From Botryllus schlosseri (Eukaryota): a DNA stretch of 64,000 nucleotides. Where the stretch lies: positions 2,854,001-2,918,000 of the forward strand of contig CM119371.1 in NCBI GenBank assembly GCA_051294905.1, given 5' to 3'. This document shows positions 61,245 to 64,000 of this stretch, piece after piece. Position 1 is the stretch's first letter. Each line of letters opens with the position of its first letter. Below the pieces are notes generated by a model that ran no database searches, was not told the DNA's origin, and was given only the letters and a program-made list of their open reading frames with translations. The position numbers and the translations under genes are program-made.

Positions 61245-64000
61245 CTAAAATTGAAAAAATAACCATGAGGCATACGGTAAACATTCAGTTGATAATTTGG
61301 GTTGGATTCGAAACGCCCAAGACATCCAAAATGTGTACTGATGTTGTAGCCTTGACTTGCTTTAATGCTTGTTAATAAGCAAGTTAAAATACAATTTTGC
61401 AACTCTCCTACGCATGGTATATTACTCACCAACAACATATTTGATTTCACATTCACAGAGTAAGAGTCTGCTACTAATAGCAATCAGTCCTTGAATCTAA
61501 CAAAAAGCAGATTTGTGCATGTCATGTCATTTGTGTATGTCATATCATGAGTCAAGAAGAGCATATATTATTATTTGTATTTATTGACCAAAAGGACAGT
61601 TTGATCAACTTTGGCAGGGCTATGTTTGCCTCTTCATATTGGTCAAAACATTGAAGACCCAGCTAATCAGTGCATTGTTGCACACCCAGTTGACCGCAGT
61701 GGTGCGCATTGCTACTCAAGCAATAGATGTAAATTTCTACTCAATGACAAGCATATAGAAGAGACTATGTCAAATCCATGTCAAGCTGCTTCAAATTAAA
61801 ATAAATATATGAACAGAACTCTGAGAAGTAGTTTCAAAAGAAGTAGTCTAGTTGATGGGTCACATACTCTTAGCAGATAGTCTGAGCGGGACACTGCAAA
61901 ATATGTTCAATACTAAGGCAAGCCTGTTCCTAGTCAAGTCTCTCATATTCATAGTGATAGCAATATAGCATCGTCATATTTTCACCCATGTCATAATATC
62001 ATTAACATTTACTGGCCCCAATTTACGGGGACCGAAAGCTTTCATCATCAAATATCCATTGCTCACCTCAGATAGGCTACCATTGCTTCATATTTTTCAG
62101 CCCTTTGCTGTTTGTATGTTATACTTGTTTTCTCATGAGCAGAAATCGATAATTTCATTCTTCAAGAGCCCCAAATTTGCGATCTATGCCCATGCAAGTC
62201 TGAAGTAGAATAGATAATATGTTTACCTTCCTACCATAACATAACATAATATATAATGTGTCTATAGCTCAGTGATGATGACAGGGTGATAGGCCTATAA
62301 ACATAGCTCTGCATAGTCAGTGGTACGCTACCCTCTACACTTAAACAGGTCGTGATGTGCTTTGGTAATCAATACAACGACAATCGAGTCGATTTTTTTT
62401 CAATGCACTTACAAACGATGTCGCTCAAACCCAAATTACCGTAGTTTATAATCATAGCTAATGCTGGACCTGTCAACAGTATCTCCATTAGAGCCATTGA
62501 GCTACTGTGTCTTGGAGATTGGTATCGGTACTGGTGATACAACAATTTATGTGAATTCAATGTATCGTCACTACCGGTACGTTTAAAATTCCAACTTGCT
62601 ACATATAATTCTGTTCAGTACAGCTGCGACACTGAGTAACAGGAATCGGATCTGTACTGGAAACGCCACGGAACAAATGTTCTTTACTACAATAGTACCG
62701 ATACGAAATGTAACTCACCATCCAGATATTTTCAATCTCGAAAGAGGCTTTCTTCACAGATTCACGACAACTAATACGGTCAGTCGATAGCCAGTCTGGT
62801 CTCTTAAGCGCGGAAATACGGCATATAACGAAACATTTTACATAGCTGTAGCGAAACATAGCAGCAGCTGTTCTGGTGACGACGGTTTGTATGTTCCATT
62901 ATGATGTCACAATTGACTAACTGATGCAATAACTATATTGAAGTTAAGGATCTCCGGAATATTTGTATGTATACTATAATTGATTTATCAGAAATGTGGA
63001 TTTGATAGCTGTGAAGCTGCAGATTACATCATAATAAGCTTAAAAAAGTCTTGCAGTACTAGATTCATCTTCATAGATCGAACCATTGATACGATCCGAA
63101 AGCTGTATGCGAATTGTCGTTGTCGGTTAGGCTTAGTGTGCAATTCATAAAGCTACCAAATAGTGAATAACACAACAATATAGATATGAAAATAACCAGG
63201 AAACTACGCCCTAATTTAGTCCCTCTTTCGCCCACTTCAATGATTGTTCCGTGACGTAACCTCGTGTCCCATTTTAATTTGAATTCTTGCTACGCCCATA
63301 TTGCGTACTGCTCACGTAAGTTTGTGGCTAAAATCTGACTCCTTCTAGTATTCCCAGCTTTAAATACCCGTAACCTGCATTATACTGTAGTTATACACTA
63401 ATGCCGTGCGGCACAGGCCCGATATATTTTGTACATAGATATAGCCTACGTACATTCGTACAACTGTGCATTTGACGTTGGCATGAAAGAAATTATAAAC
63501 CAATATCGTGGCAACTTCATAATGTGTCGTATTTTTGCCACACACTTGAGATACATCGGTCACACTATAGTAGCCAGGGTGAAATTTCAGCCAAAGTACG
63601 GGTACCGCAGTGCACGATAAATGTAAATTACAATATGATATTATGGACATGGCTATTATTCATTCATGTCGATGTAGCACACCACGAACTAATACAACGA
63701 ATGCTTATTTGTCACTGAAGCTAAAGCTATATGCGTAGGCGAATTTACTTGATCGAACCGGGTTAAATCCATAAAAACTGAACAATGCAACATTGCCTAA
63801 GCCAACCCAAGAAGCCTTAAAGACACGGACAACAATAGAGTGGGCGAAAACACGCATTTTCGGTTGATAATCAAAACCCAAAGAGAATATGTCCTACACT
63901 ACCTACAATTAGACACAATAGGCTTAAGCAGGCTTCTGACCGACACAGACTTAAAACTTAAACAGTTTTGTGGAAGCTTGAGGAAGCGGTTAGCGCGGAT

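Overview
AT-rich eukaryotic DNA, most likely an invertebrate animal (GT-AG introns, no operons, no long ORF; the taxon cannot be fixed from this window). Almost every entry in the supplied ORF track is spurious. Two layers explain most of the sequence. (1) A dense, often nested set of non-autonomous DNA transposons. Most are hAT-type with 8-bp target-site duplications (TSDs), and several carry decayed transposase fragments. There is also a young P/Galileo-like foldback element (about 365-bp TIRs, 7-bp TSD), a solo LTR with a 5-bp TSD and a LINE 3' remnant. (2) On the minus strand from about 29 to 55 kb lies a cluster of decayed, intron-containing copies of an RBM28/NOP4-like nucleolar RRM gene. 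It has two roughly colinear copies plus orphan exons, with stops and frameshifts, and is recognisable only by splicing and translating the exons by hand. Other points of interest are short TA-GGC(C)-TA insertions that look like transposon excision footprints, and one clean open 150-bp exon candidate at 7.5 kb. I see no rRNA, tRNA, CRISPR array or intact protein-coding gene, and no convincing new biological system. Protein-family calls rest on motifs recalled from memory, not on database searches. Coordinates were counted by hand; boundaries without a TSD or splice site are approximate.
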